Of a stretch of 64,000 nt of DNA, positions 47,541 through 56,814 are shown in pieces. How positions within the stretch are numbered: position 1 is the first letter of the stretch; each line of letters opens with the position of its first letter. This DNA is from Elusimicrobia bacterium RIFOXYD2_FULL_34_15 (lineage in GTDB: Bacteria; Elusimicrobiota; UBA8919), in NCBI GenBank assembly GCA_001800605.1, contig MGVS01000068.1:14028-78027 (forward strand), given 5' to 3'. Both the position numbers and the translations under genes were made by a program. Under the pieces are notes generated by a model. The model had not been told where the DNA came from and did no database searches. It worked only from the letters and a program-made list of their open reading frames with translations.

Positions 47541-49427
47541 ATGTGCGGAATAATCGGACTTTATAATTTTGGAAATAGCAAACCTATAGAAAAACACATT
47601 TTGCAGAAAATGTGTGATGTAATTAAACACCGCGGACCTGATTCCGAAGGCATTTTTTTTAATAATTCGACCGGGCTTGGAATACGCCGGCTGGCTATTA
47701 TTGATTTGCAGACGGGGAACCAGCCAATCCACAACGAAGATAAAACCCTTTGGTTGGTTTTAAACGGCGAAATTTACAATTTCCTTGAACTACGCGAAAA
47801 GTTGGAAAAAAACCATACTTTTTACACCAAAACCGATACGGAAGTTATTATTCATCTTTATGAACAATACGGCGAAAAATGTGTAGAACACTTGAGAGGG
47901 ATGTTTGCTTTTGCAATATGGGACGAGAAAAATAAAAAATTATTTGTAGCAAAAGATCGGGTCGGCAAAAAACCTCTTTATTATACCTCAGTAAATGGTT
48001 CTTTCATATTTGCTTCAGAAATAAAATCTATATTGGAATATTTAAATAAAACACCCGAGATAGACCTGGAGGCTATTGACCTTTATTTAACATACCAGTA
48101 TATTCCTTCACCCAAAACAATATTTAAAAATATTAAATCACTTTTACCGGCACATACACTAACTTGTGATAAGAACGGGAATATAAATACCGAAAAATAC
48201 TGGGATTTAGACTTTACTCGGAAAACCGATTTATCTTTTGGCGAAGCATGCGAGAAGACAAAATCGATACTCACGGAAGCAACAAAACTTAGAATGATTT
48301 CAGACGTACCTTTAGGTGCATTTCTATCAGGCGGCCACGATTCAAGCATTATCGTAGGCCTTATGAGCCGGCTTTCTACACAACCTGTAAAAACATTTTC
48401 TATCGGTTTTGACGAAGCCGAGTTTTCGGAATTGAAATATGCAAAAATTGTTGCAAACCATTTCAAAACGGATCATCATGAATTTATTGTAAAAGCTAAT
48501 TTTATAGACATATTGCCTAAACTCGCATGGCATTACGGCCAGCCGTATGCCGATTCATCGGCGTTACCGTCATATTTTGTTTCAAACGAAACCAGGAAAC
48601 ATGTAACGGTCGCTCTAAACGGTGACGGGGGAGACGAAACTTTCGGCGGATATTTAAGGTACAAAGCGATGAAAGGTTCTATGTTTTTCTCTTTTCCGTT
48701 TCAGATGCTAGGAAGTAATTTAACAAAAAAAATAGCGTCTTTTATACCTTATTCCGAAGAGAAAAGATTCTTCAGATATATGAAACGTATGATTTCCGCG
48801 CTATCAAACTCGCCTGAATTAAGGAATCTTCAATGGCATTATTATTTTTCTAATGAAGCAAAAGAAAAACTATATACAAATTCAATGAAACAGAATTTTA
48901 ATAATAACACGTATAAGTATCTTGCGGGAATTTTCAAAAACGCACCGGCAAACAATACAATGGACAGGACTTTTTACACGGACATTAAAGCTTACTTGCC
49001 GGAATGCCTGCTTGTTAAGATGGATATTGCATCTATGGCAAATTCACTGGAAGCAAGAAGCCCGTTTTTAGACCACAAAGTTATGGAATTTTCGGCGTCT
49101 CTTCCGCCTTCGTGGAAGGTACACGGATTAACGACAAAATATATCCTTAAAAAAACATTCAATAATTTTTTACCAAAAGAAATTATAAATAGAAAAAAAA
49201 TGGGGTTTGGAATACCTGTCGGTAAATGGTTCAGAAATGAATGGAAAAATTATTTTATTGAAACCGTAATGTCAAAAAAAGCGTTAGAACGCGGATATTT
49301 TAAAAAAGAATCTTTAGAACAACTATTTAAAGAACATCAGGAAAGTAAAAGAGATAACGGTTACCGTTTGTGGGCGTTATTAATGCTGGAACTGTGGCAC
49401 AGAGTTTATGTTGACAAATCTGTGTAA
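47541..49427 (+). CDS. asnB: Asparagine synthase (glutamine-hydrolysing) family amidotransferase (AsnB/WbpS-like)
   Basis: 628 aa. N-terminal MCGIIG Ntn-Cys. SGGHDSS PP-loop motif. Confidence 0.88.
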   Translation: MCGIIGLYNFGNSKPIEKHILQKMCDVIKHRGPDSEGIFFNNSTGLGIRRLAIIDLQTGNQPIHNEDKTLWLVLNGEIYNFLELREKLEKNHTFYTKTDTEVIIHLYEQYGEKCVEHLRGMFAFAIWDEKNKKLFVAKDRVGKKPLYYTSVNGSFIFASEIKSILEYLNKTPEIDLEAIDLYLTYQYIPSPKTIFKNIKSLLPAHTLTCDKNGNINTEKYWDLDFTRKTDLSFGEACEKTKSILTEATKLRMISDVPLGAFLSGGHDSSIIVGLMSRLSTQPVKTFSIGFDEAEFSELKYAKIVANHFKTDHHEFIVKANFIDILPKLAWHYGQPYADSSALPSYFVSNETRKHVTVALNGDGGDETFGGYLRYKAMKGSMFFSFPFQMLGSNLTKKIASFIPYSEEKRFFRYMKRMISALSNSPELRNLQWHYYFSNEAKEKLYTNSMKQNFNNNTYKYLAGIFKNAPANNTMDRTFYTDIKAYLPECLLVKMDIASMANSLEARSPFLDHKVMEFSASLPPSWKVHGLTTKYILKKTFNNFLPKEIINRKKMGFGIPVGKWFRNEWKNYFIETVMSKKALERGYFKKESLEQLFKEHQESKRDNGYRLWALLMLELWHRVYVDKSV

Positions 49428-49796
49428 TAATATAGAATCTAATAAACTTCATGTTTTTGGAAATTCGGAAATTGGAGCTCCAAATGATAGTCATTAAATA
49501 GAATACCTTATACGCTTTGGAGCGGAAATCCCTGCCTACAGGCAGTGTAGTTGTTCAGTATTTTGGTAGCAGTTTTTAGGTATTTCATCAAGTGTAGTCA
49601 TTGCGAGGAATAAAATGACGAAGCAATCTCATGAAATATTTGTCCGACTAAGGAAAGATTGCCGCATCCGATTTTATCGGCTTCGCAATGACAACTTAAT
49701 TTGGTAAACAGATGTTACCGAAATTGTGAAGTACTACACGGCAGGCAGGCGCGAGGCGATCCCGATACTTTATCGGGACGCGAAGGCGGACAACAT
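49428..49796 (+). promoter_or_regulatory. 369-bp highly structured intergenic region (candidate leader RNA/regulatory region) upstream of the GT2 gene
   Basis: Contains a degenerate copy of the CCTGCC..GGCAG palindrome (49531-49545), a long-range inverted repeat GTCATTGCGAgG / CTTCGCAATGAC (~49599/49681), the hairpin CCGATtttATCGG, and a GC-rich segment with the hairpin ATCCCGATacttTATCGGGAC (49759-49779). Confidence 0.45.
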
Positions 49797-50498
49797 ATGA
49801 TTAAAAAACTTTCAATAATTATTCCCTGTTACAATGAAGAAGATACAATACTGCAAGTCGTAGATAAAATAAAACATGTACCGTTAAATTTAGAAAAAGA
49901 AATAATTATCGTATGCGACGGTTCAAGCGACGGCACGAAAGAACTTCTGCAAAAGCATTTTCCCTTGCAGGATAAAAATATTAAAACGGTATTTCACGAA
50001 AAGAATATGGGAAAAGGCAAGGCTGTTAAAACAGGGATTGAGGTTGCAACAGGGGATTACCTGATAGTACAGGATGCCGACCTTGAGTTAAACCCGGACG
50101 ATTACATTGCTTTACTTCAACCTATACAGAGCGGTAACGCTACCGTTGTTTTCGGTTCCCGTAAAGCAAAAGGTTTTAAAAAACTTTATTTTCATTCCGT
50201 TTTCGCCAATTTTGTCGTAACTTTCCTGACAAATTTTTTATACGGTTCAAAACTTACCGACCAGGCCTGCGGTTATAAAATATTACCGGTTTCACTGTTT
50301 AAATCTCTGGATTTAGAATCATTCGGATTTGAATTTTGTTCCGAACTAACCGCAAAGATTCTAAGAACCAAAAAATATATAATAAGCGAAGTTGACGTGG
50401 ATTATTTTCCGAGAACATACAAACAAGGCAAGAAGATAAGCTGGAAAGACGGTTTTATTGCCATTTGGACTTTGCTTAAATATAAAATAACCAAATGA
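49797..50498 (+). CDS. GT2 family glycosyltransferase (DPM1/GtrB-like)
   Basis: Start moved from the track's 49701 to ATG 49797 ([16 protein letters not shown]). VCDGSSDGT and QDADLE (DxD) motifs. Confidence 0.8.
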   Translation: MIKKLSIIIPCYNEEDTILQVVDKIKHVPLNLEKEIIIVCDGSSDGTKELLQKHFPLQDKNIKTVFHEKNMGKGKAVKTGIEVATGDYLIVQDADLELNPDDYIALLQPIQSGNATVVFGSRKAKGFKKLYFHSVFANFVVTFLTNFLYGSKLTDQACGYKILPVSLFKSLDLESFGFEFCSELTAKILRTKKYIISEVDVDYFPRTYKQGKKISWKDGFIAIWTLLKYKITK

Positions 50499-50614
50499 AG
50501 TTCCATCCCGATAACAATCGGGATAATATTTTTTTGCTTCTGGATTCTACGGAGCGTCCGCCACGGCGGATGCCCGCCAAGGCTTCGGACTTGACTGGCT
50601 GCATTATAAATTTT
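50496..50614 (+). repeat. ~120-bp GC-rich direct repeat, copy 1 (contains the hairpin ATCCCGATaacaATCGGGAT); left boundary of the islet
   Basis: About 85% identical over ~120 bp to 55248-55365. Both copies end immediately at a start codon. Confidence 0.7.
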
Positions 50615-52195
50615 ATGAAAAAAAATAATTCAAATGGTGGAAATATTGGTTTTGAAGAGAAACTGTGGAAAACAGCGGATAAACTGCGTAATAATATGGA
50701 TGCTGCTGAGTATAAGCATATAGTATTAGGTCTGATTTTTCTTAAGTATATCTCTGACGCATTTGAAGAACGTTATAAAATACTTGAAAAAGAAGTTACT
50801 GATCCAAAAAGTAATCAATACATAAAAGAACCAAAAGTCCTACATGAAATAATGGAAGATAGAGATGAATATAAATCTGTTAATGTGTTTTATGTTCCGG
50901 AGAAATCTCGTTGGTCACGTCTACAGAAAAATGCAAAACAACCCACAATAGGTAAAATCATAGATGATGCAATGGATGTCTTAGAAAAGGAAAATTCAAC
51001 CCTTAAAGGTGTTCTTCCTAAAAATTATGCAGACCCTAAACTTGATAAACAACGTCTTGGTGAACTGATAGACCTTATAGGTACAATTAGTTTAGGAGAT
51101 TACGAAAATCGCAGTAAGGATATTTTAGGTAGAGTTTACGAATATTTTTTAGGACAATTTGCAGATTCGGAAGGTAAACGAGGCGGACAATTTTACACTC
51201 CTCGAAGTATAGTGCAATTACTTGTTGAAATGATGGAGCCATATAAAGGCCGTATTTTTGATCCCTGCTGCGGTTCCGGCGGTATGTTTGTGCAAAGCGA
51301 AAAATTTGTAAAAATACACGGTGGTAAATTAGGCGATATTGCTATTAACGGACAGGAATCCAATCAAACCACCTGGCGTCTCTGCAAAATGAACTTAGCA
51401 ATCCGCGGCATAGATGCAAATATAGCCTGGAATAACGAAGGTAGTTTCTTAAAAGATGAACATAAAGATTTAAAAGCAGATTTTATATTAGCCAATCCAC
51501 CGTTTAATGACAGCGACTGGAAGGGCGAGCAATTAAGAGATGATGTAAGATGGAAATACGGCGTCCCGCCGACAGGCAATGCTAATTTCGCTTGGGTTCA
51601 GCATTTTATTTATCATCTATCGCCAAAAGGCATAGCAGGTTTTGTATTAGCAAACGGTTCTATGTCTTCTAACCAGTCAAACGAAGGTGAAATAAGAAAA
51701 AATATAATTGAGGCAGACATAGTGGATTGTATGGTTTCTTTACCAACACAACTTTTCTACAATGTAATGATACCTGCTTGTCTGTGGTTTGTTTCCCGTG
51801 ATAAGAAAAATCACAAATTCAAAGACAGAAGAGGCAAAGTTCTTTTCATCGATGCTAGGAAAATGGGGCTAATGATTGACCGCAGACACAGGGAACTAAC
51901 TGAAAAAGAAATAAATAAAATTGCTGATATTTATCACGCTTGGCGTGGAGAAGGCGGCAGGTATAAAGATGAAAAGGGCTTCTGTAAATCGACAACTCTT
52001 GAAGAAATAAAATCACAGGGCTATATTTTGACTCCCGGAAGATATGTAGGCACAGAAGAAGTGGAAGAAGACGATGAAAAGTTTAATGAAAAAATGAAAC
52101 GACTTACCAAAGAACTTTCAGAACAATTCGAAAAATCCATCGAACTTGAAAAAGAAATAAAAAAAAATCTGAAGGGTTTGGGCTATGAAATATGA
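50615..52195 (+). CDS. hsdM: Type I restriction-modification system N6-adenine DNA methyltransferase subunit HsdM (orphan: no HsdS or HsdR present)
   Basis: Start moved from the track's 50495 to ATG 50615; upstream of it the frame merely reads through the repeat. HsdM_N domain ([34 protein letters not shown]). Motif [12 protein letters not shown]. Catalytic NPPF (ILANPPFN). Confidence 0.88.
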   Translation: MKKNNSNGGNIGFEEKLWKTADKLRNNMDAAEYKHIVLGLIFLKYISDAFEERYKILEKEVTDPKSNQYIKEPKVLHEIMEDRDEYKSVNVFYVPEKSRWSRLQKNAKQPTIGKIIDDAMDVLEKENSTLKGVLPKNYADPKLDKQRLGELIDLIGTISLGDYENRSKDILGRVYEYFLGQFADSEGKRGGQFYTPRSIVQLLVEMMEPYKGRIFDPCCGSGGMFVQSEKFVKIHGGKLGDIAINGQESNQTTWRLCKMNLAIRGIDANIAWNNEGSFLKDEHKDLKADFILANPPFNDSDWKGEQLRDDVRWKYGVPPTGNANFAWVQHFIYHLSPKGIAGFVLANGSMSSNQSNEGEIRKNIIEADIVDCMVSLPTQLFYNVMIPACLWFVSRDKKNHKFKDRRGKVLFIDARKMGLMIDRRHRELTEKEINKIADIYHAWRGEGGRYKDEKGFCKSTTLEEIKSQGYILTPGRYVGTEEVEEDDEKFNEKMKRLTKELSEQFEKSIELEKEIKKNLKGLGYEI

Positions 52196-52971
52196 AATTT
52201 ACAATTATTTGTGATGAAAGTGGTACTGAGAATAGGCATTTGGTTATAGGGGCACTTGTTATTCCAAGAATTAACCATACTTTACTTATTGAGGAGATGA
52301 AAACCTTAAAGAAAGAGTTACATCTGCGATGGGAAGGTGAAATCAAATGGGGTAAAGTGAGCAAAAAATATATTGAAAAATATAAGAAAATCACCGAGTG
52401 GTTTTTCAATCACCTTAAGTCAAACCATTTAAAATTCCGTGCTCATGTGATTGATACCGCAAAGAAAGAATACCGCGAATATGGGGAAGGCGACAAAGAG
52501 AATTCTTTTTATAAGGTTTTCTTTCATCTCCTTATGCAATGCATTAAACGGTTGGCTATAGAAGAAGAAGGTAGCAATGTGCTGATACTATTAGATGATA
52601 AAAAGAATAGATATCCTTTTAGATTACCACTTTTAAAGAAAACTTTAAATAAAGCGTTAAAAAGGGATTTGAAATTACACGAAATAGTGGCTAATGTAGA
52701 ACCAAGACATTCCAGCGGTAACCGAGTAGAAGGACTTATACAAATAGTAGATGTTTTGATTGGAGCTATTGGATATGTTAGGAATGAATCTTGTAAATTA
52801 CCAAATGCGTCACCTGCAAAAGTAGAAATGATTGGCTTTTTGGAAAATCTGATTGGCACAAAGTTTGAATACGATACTAATGCAGGGGCACTATTTAATA
52901 TTTGGACATTTGATGTTACTGTGCCGTTAGAAAAGAAAAAGTATTATAAAAAAAATCGCCCTATCACCTAG
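52192..52971 (+). CDS. DUF3800-family protein
   Basis: 259 aa. N-terminal [13 protein letters not shown] is characteristic of DUF3800. ATGA overlap with the hsdM stop suggests translational coupling. Confidence 0.65.
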   Translation: MKFTIICDESGTENRHLVIGALVIPRINHTLLIEEMKTLKKELHLRWEGEIKWGKVSKKYIEKYKKITEWFFNHLKSNHLKFRAHVIDTAKKEYREYGEGDKENSFYKVFFHLLMQCIKRLAIEEEGSNVLILLDDKKNRYPFRLPLLKKTLNKALKRDLKLHEIVANVEPRHSSGNRVEGLIQIVDVLIGAIGYVRNESCKLPNASPAKVEMIGFLENLIGTKFEYDTNAGALFNIWTFDVTVPLEKKKYYKKNRPIT

Positions 52972-53138
52972 CTCCCAAAAGAGCACCCCTTTCGGGGAAC
53001 TACGCCATAAGGCGTAGGTTTCAGTAATAGTAGCGACTTATAAGTTTAGTATACATAAAAAAAAATAAAAAGCAATAAAATAAAAAAACAAAAATATTTT
53101 TTTAATTGTAGGAACGGTTCACGCAATAGTCCAATAGT

Positions 53139-53687
53139 AATATTACAGGAAAGGACAGAATAGAAATATTCAATCCCGGTCAATTTCCTTATGAATATGA
53201 GCCGGAAGATTTTTTTAAAGGCAATCTTCCGAGCGTGCCGCGCAATCCGTTGATTGCAGAAGTGTTTTATCTTTCCGAAGATATTGAAAAATGGGGCTCC
53301 GGCTTGCGCCGTATAAGTCAGGAATGTAAAACAGCAGGAGTCAAAGTTATTTTTAAGAAGATTAAAAGCGGATTTGTTGTTACTTTTTACCGTCCTAATA
53401 TTACCGGCATACCGGCAAAAGAAGAGGAAGGCAAGAATGTAAAAGACACTGTAAAAGACACTGTAAAAGACACTGTAAAAATGCTCAGTGAAAAAGAAAA
53501 TAAGATTTTGGAAATATTGAATAAAGAACCGAAAACTACTGCCAGAATGCTTGCAGAAGTTTTGAAAATCAATTTAAGAAATACCAAAAAATACCTATCC
53601 ATGTTACAAGAACAAGGGTTGCTTAAACGCATCGGCTCCGATAAAAGCGGCCGCTGGGAAGTGATTTTAAGAGGTATGGAAAAATGA
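53139..53687 (+). pseudogene. 5'-truncated remnant of an AlbA_2/HATPase_c_4 ('RecG C-terminal-like ATP-binding transcriptional regulator') gene
   Basis: The open frame begins right after a stop at 53136-53138. It reads ...DRIEIFNPGQFPYEYEPEDFFKGNLPSVPRNPLIAEV, which is the ERIEIxNPG core of HATPase_c_4. The N-terminal AlbA_2 domain is absent. The track's Met start at 53235 is internal. Confidence 0.6.
53439..53480 (+). repeat. 12-bp tandem repeat (GTAAAAGACACT x3.5) encoding KDTVKDTVKDTVK
   Basis: Seen directly in the sequence inside the truncated gene. Confidence 0.8.
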
Positions 53688-54142
53688 AAGACAATCAGAC
53701 AATAAAAATTTATATTTTTGAGATCTGGCTTGAGGAAAATGAGGGAAAAGTCTCCCGCCGGATTCAGATTGCCGGGAAGGATGCTCTTTACAATTTCGCC
53801 AAAATTATAACCAAATCCTTTGGTTTTTATTTTGACCATTGTTTCGGATTTTATGATAATTTTAATCGTCTTAACAATTCAACGAAAGCATTTGAATTAT
53901 TTGTTGATGTCGGTGAAACACCTTTATCAGAAATCACCAAGGGCGTTAAAAAGACAAAAGTCAGTCAGGCATTTGAAAATATCGGAGAGAAAATGCTTTT
54001 CTTTTTTGATTATGGTGATGAATGGCGGTTTACGGTAAAACTAATAGATATAAAAGATGTTTCAAAAGATATAAAAATAAAACCGGCAGTATTACAAAAA
54101 ATTGGCAAATCTCCTATGCAGTATCCGTCTTGTGATGAATGA
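53684..54142 (+). CDS. Plasmid pRiA4b ORF-3-like (PRiA4_ORF3 family) protein
   Basis: 152 aa. IKIYIFEIWL...FFFDYGDEWRFTVKLIDI matches the family's Y.FDFGD.W.H.I signature. Confidence 0.55.
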   Translation: MKDNQTIKIYIFEIWLEENEGKVSRRIQIAGKDALYNFAKIITKSFGFYFDHCFGFYDNFNRLNNSTKAFELFVDVGETPLSEITKGVKKTKVSQAFENIGEKMLFFFDYGDEWRFTVKLIDIKDVSKDIKIKPAVLQKIGKSPMQYPSCDE

Positions 54143-54247
54143 ATAATTAATATCGGTGCGTTCGTGGAACGCACCCTACAATGAAATCTGAAAAAAATGG
54201 CAAAAATAAAAATCAAGCACACCTAATTAATTGACATAATAGAAACT

Positions 54248-54925
54248 ATGAAACCAAGCTATATTGGGCATCGGAAGAGGCTCAAGGAAAAATACAAAAA
54301 AAACGGAATAAACGGCTGGCTTGATTACGAAGTGTTGGAACTGGCATTATCATATGCGATTCCGCGCAAAGATACAAAACCGATTGCAAAGGAACTGATT
54401 AGCAGGTTTAAGACCATTAATGGAGTGTTGGATGCAGATAGAAAATATTTAGAAGAAGTTAAAGGAATTTCTGAACATACCGCATTTTTTCTAAAATTGT
54501 TGAAAGATGTAGCAATTCTATATATGGAGAAAGGTATTCATAATAAAGATTTGCTTTCGTCACCGCAGCTTGTTTATGATTATTTGAAAACTTCTCTAAG
54601 AGGTGCATCTGACGAAGAATTTAAAATACTTTTTTTGGATAATAGGAACAAGCTGATTGGTATTGAGACCTTTGAAAGCGGTACTGTGAACCACGCTGTT
54701 GTATATCCAAGAAAGGTTGTTGAGAGAGCACTATATAATCATGCGGTTGGCGTTATTATTGCACATAATCATCCGTCAGGAGCGTTACAACCGTCACAGG
54801 ATGATATAGATGTAACTAAAACCATTAAGAATGCTCTCAGAACAGTTGAAATAACATTATTGGATCATATCATTATTGGTCATAACGATTATTACAGCTT
54901 TAAAAATAAAAACGAAACTCTTTAG
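54248..54925 (+). CDS. radC: RadC-like JAB/MPN-domain protein
   Basis: 225 aa. JAMM motif HNHPSGALQPSQDDIDVTK. N-terminal helix-hairpin-helix-like region. Confidence 0.85.
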   Translation: MKPSYIGHRKRLKEKYKKNGINGWLDYEVLELALSYAIPRKDTKPIAKELISRFKTINGVLDADRKYLEEVKGISEHTAFFLKLLKDVAILYMEKGIHNKDLLSSPQLVYDYLKTSLRGASDEEFKILFLDNRNKLIGIETFESGTVNHAVVYPRKVVERALYNHAVGVIIAHNHPSGALQPSQDDIDVTKTIKNALRTVEITLLDHIIIGHNDYYSFKNKNETL

Positions 54926-55247
54926 GGAAAGGGGAAACAAAAGAAGATTTTAATGAAACTCTTGAAATTGCTAAATCCGTAGGATTTGAAATTATAGATT
55001 ATCCCACCATATCCCGCAATTATTCCGCAGTATTAGGAAGTAGTGGCAAGATATCCTTGCCTAAAACGGTGTTGAAATTTATTTGTGCATTGGGATAATG
55101 GGGATAAAACCAACTATTTTTAATGGAACCACCTAATTGCGACAGCTTTTGGCGAGTATTACTTGAAAAAGAAAACAAATTAAATATAATGGTTTTATAA
55201 GGGATTAAGTTAATATCAGAAATTCAAGATTCAAGACCTGCCCTCTT

Positions 55248-55365
55248 AATGAAGCTCCATCCCGATAACAATCGGGATTATAACATCTACCTTAAGGATT
55301 CTAGGAGCGTCCGCTGCGACGGATGCCCGCCAAGGTCCCGGCCTTGACTGGATGCAGGATACATT
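55248..55365 (+). repeat. ~120-bp GC-rich direct repeat, copy 2 (hairpin ATCCCGATaacaATCGGGAT at 55258-55279); right boundary of the islet, directly upstream of the radical SAM gene
   Basis: Aligns with 50496-50614 with compensatory differences in internal hairpins. Confidence 0.7.
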
Positions 55366-56814
55366 ATGTTAAATGTTTTACTAATCAGTGCTCCGTATGT
55401 TGATTTATATGGACCCATTAAGTCCGCAGCCGGGAGGTATTTTCCTTTAGGCTTGGGATATATCGCATCTTTCCTTAAAAAAAACGGGTACTCAGTATCT
55501 CTTTACGAACCTGAAGCTCAAAAATTAAACATAGAAGAAATAAGTAAAATCTTCGCCGAAAAGAAACCTGACATAGTCGGTATCGGCAGTGCAACACCCA
55601 ATTTTTACAACGCCGTTGAACTGGCAAAACTAGCTAAAAAAACCTGCAATTGCAAGGTAATACTCGGAGGTATTCACGCGAGCGCTATTCCAGAATTCAT
55701 CATTGAAAAATATCATACTTGCTTTGACTATTTAGTTGTCGGTGAAGGTGAATACACAATGCTGGAACTCTTAAAATGCCTGGAAAATAAACAAATGCCT
55801 GATAGTGTTCCCGGCCTATGTTTTTGGCATGAAAATAAGGTTAATTTAACTCCATGCCGTCCATTCATCATGGATTTAGATAGTTTGCCTTATCCTGCCA
55901 GGGATATGATACCGCAAGAACTGTTTTATCCAAATTTACACAACGCAAGATACAGCAAGTGTTTTACTATACTTACCAGCAGAGGATGTCCTTTTAATTG
56001 TTCTTTTTGTGCTTCCGGATTAACTTTAGGTAAAAAATACAGGGTTAACAGTGCAGAATATGTGCTTGGTGAAATGTCTATGTTAAAAGAACAGTACGGG
56101 GCCAGGCAACTACTAATTACAGATGATACTTTCACTATCAATAAAAATAGATTACTTGAAATATGCGAAGGTATGATAAAAAAGAAACTGAACCTGGAAT
56201 GGTTTTGTTTTTCTCAGATAACTGCTGTAGATGAAGAAACCTTAAAACTAATGAAACGTGCGGGTTGCTATAATATAGGTTTCGGTATAGAATCGGCATC
56301 TCCGAGAATTTTGAAAATAATGGGCAAGCCGTATTCTCCGCAACAATGCAAAACTGTTATTGACGCCGCTAACCGTTTGGGAATGAAAACGCAGGCGTTT
56401 TTTGTTTTCGGCGAACCGGAAGAAACCATAGAAGAAATTAACAGTACGGTTAATTTTGCTATCGATATTAATCCGACATTATCATTTTTCAATATGCTGG
56501 TTCCGTATCCCGGCACAAAAGATTTCCAATATTTTTTCAAAGATATACCGCTGGATCAGATTGACTGGAAAAACTTTGTTGCTATAGGAACTAAATCCGT
56601 TATCAATAAAAATAGCAATTTAGATTTGGAAAAAATAGTCTTTAACGCCAATTTAAAATTTTATATGAGACCGCGCCAATTATTACATATCATATCAAAA
56701 ATTAAAACTTTTCATGAACTCTATTCGTATATTAAAGGCGGCTTAGGACTGCTCGCACAAATGATAACTTGGAAAACAGAAACCCGGCAAACAGATGAAA
56801 ATACTCTTAATTAA
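55366..56814 (+). CDS. B12-binding domain radical SAM enzyme
   Basis: 482 aa. ILGGIHAS and VVGEGEYT B12-domain motifs. CPFNCSFC radical-SAM motif. Confidence 0.85.
   Translation: MLNVLLISAPYVDLYGPIKSAAGRYFPLGLGYIASFLKKNGYSVSLYEPEAQKLNIEEISKIFAEKKPDIVGIGSATPNFYNAVELAKLAKKTCNCKVILGGIHASAIPEFIIEKYHTCFDYLVVGEGEYTMLELLKCLENKQMPDSVPGLCFWHENKVNLTPCRPFIMDLDSLPYPARDMIPQELFYPNLHNARYSKCFTILTSRGCPFNCSFCASGLTLGKKYRVNSAEYVLGEMSMLKEQYGARQLLITDDTFTINKNRLLEICEGMIKKKLNLEWFCFSQITAVDEETLKLMKRAGCYNIGFGIESASPRILKIMGKPYSPQQCKTVIDAANRLGMKTQAFFVFGEPEETIEEINSTVNFAIDINPTLSFFNMLVPYPGTKDFQYFFKDIPLDQIDWKNFVAIGTKSVINKNSNLDLEKIVFNANLKFYMRPRQLLHIISKIKTFHELYSYIKGGLGLLAQMITWKTETRQTDENTLN

Noticed and set aside
49701-49796. 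N-terminal extension of the GT2 ORF (MVNRCYRNCEVLHGRQARG...) and the track start of DJ-1 at 27631
   Set aside because: Both extensions run through GC-rich or structured repeat elements. Conserved GT2 and DJ-1 homology starts at the downstream ATGs (49797 and 27658). The ATG at 27658 is preceded by an AGGAG RBS.
49741-49796. Possible c-di-GMP-I (GEMM) riboswitch, because of GGGACGCGAAGGC resembling GGGACGCAAAGCC
   Set aside because: Only this short stretch matches. The characteristic P1/P2 architecture and the GGCAAACC-type elements are not evident. Left as an unassigned structured leader pending cmscan.
50495-50614. N-terminal 40-codon extension of HsdM as drawn in the ORF track
   Set aside because: HsdM_N-domain similarity begins at the ATG at 50615 ([25 protein letters not shown]...). 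The upstream 120 nt are the direct-repeat element, duplicated non-coding at 55248-55365, and are read through by chance.
52972-53138. tRNA gene as integration target next to the islet (hairpins CCCCTTTCGGGG and CTACGCCATAAGGCGTAG)
   Set aside because: There is no cloverleaf-compatible arrangement and no T-loop GTTCRANYC-like motif. These look like simple intergenic hairpins followed by an A-rich tract.
53439-53480. CRISPR array candidate
   Set aside because: It is a 12-bp in-frame tandem repeat within a coding remnant, with no spacers and no repeat-spacer periodicity. No CRISPR arrays or cas genes are present anywhere in the window.
54926-55247. Possible additional small gene or gene remnant after radC (…ETLEIAKSVGFEIIDYPTISRNYSAVLGSSGKISLPKTVLKFICALG)
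   Set aside because: It has no start codon in a sensible context and no recognisable family. It may be a decayed fragment, but the evidence is too weak to annotate.
50496-55365. Prophage or ICE interpretation of the islet
   Set aside because: There is no integrase, recombinase, transposase, phage structural gene or conjugation gene. Only the defence/anti-defence-type cargo and flanking direct repeats are present, so it is reported as an islet of uncertain mobilisation mechanism.
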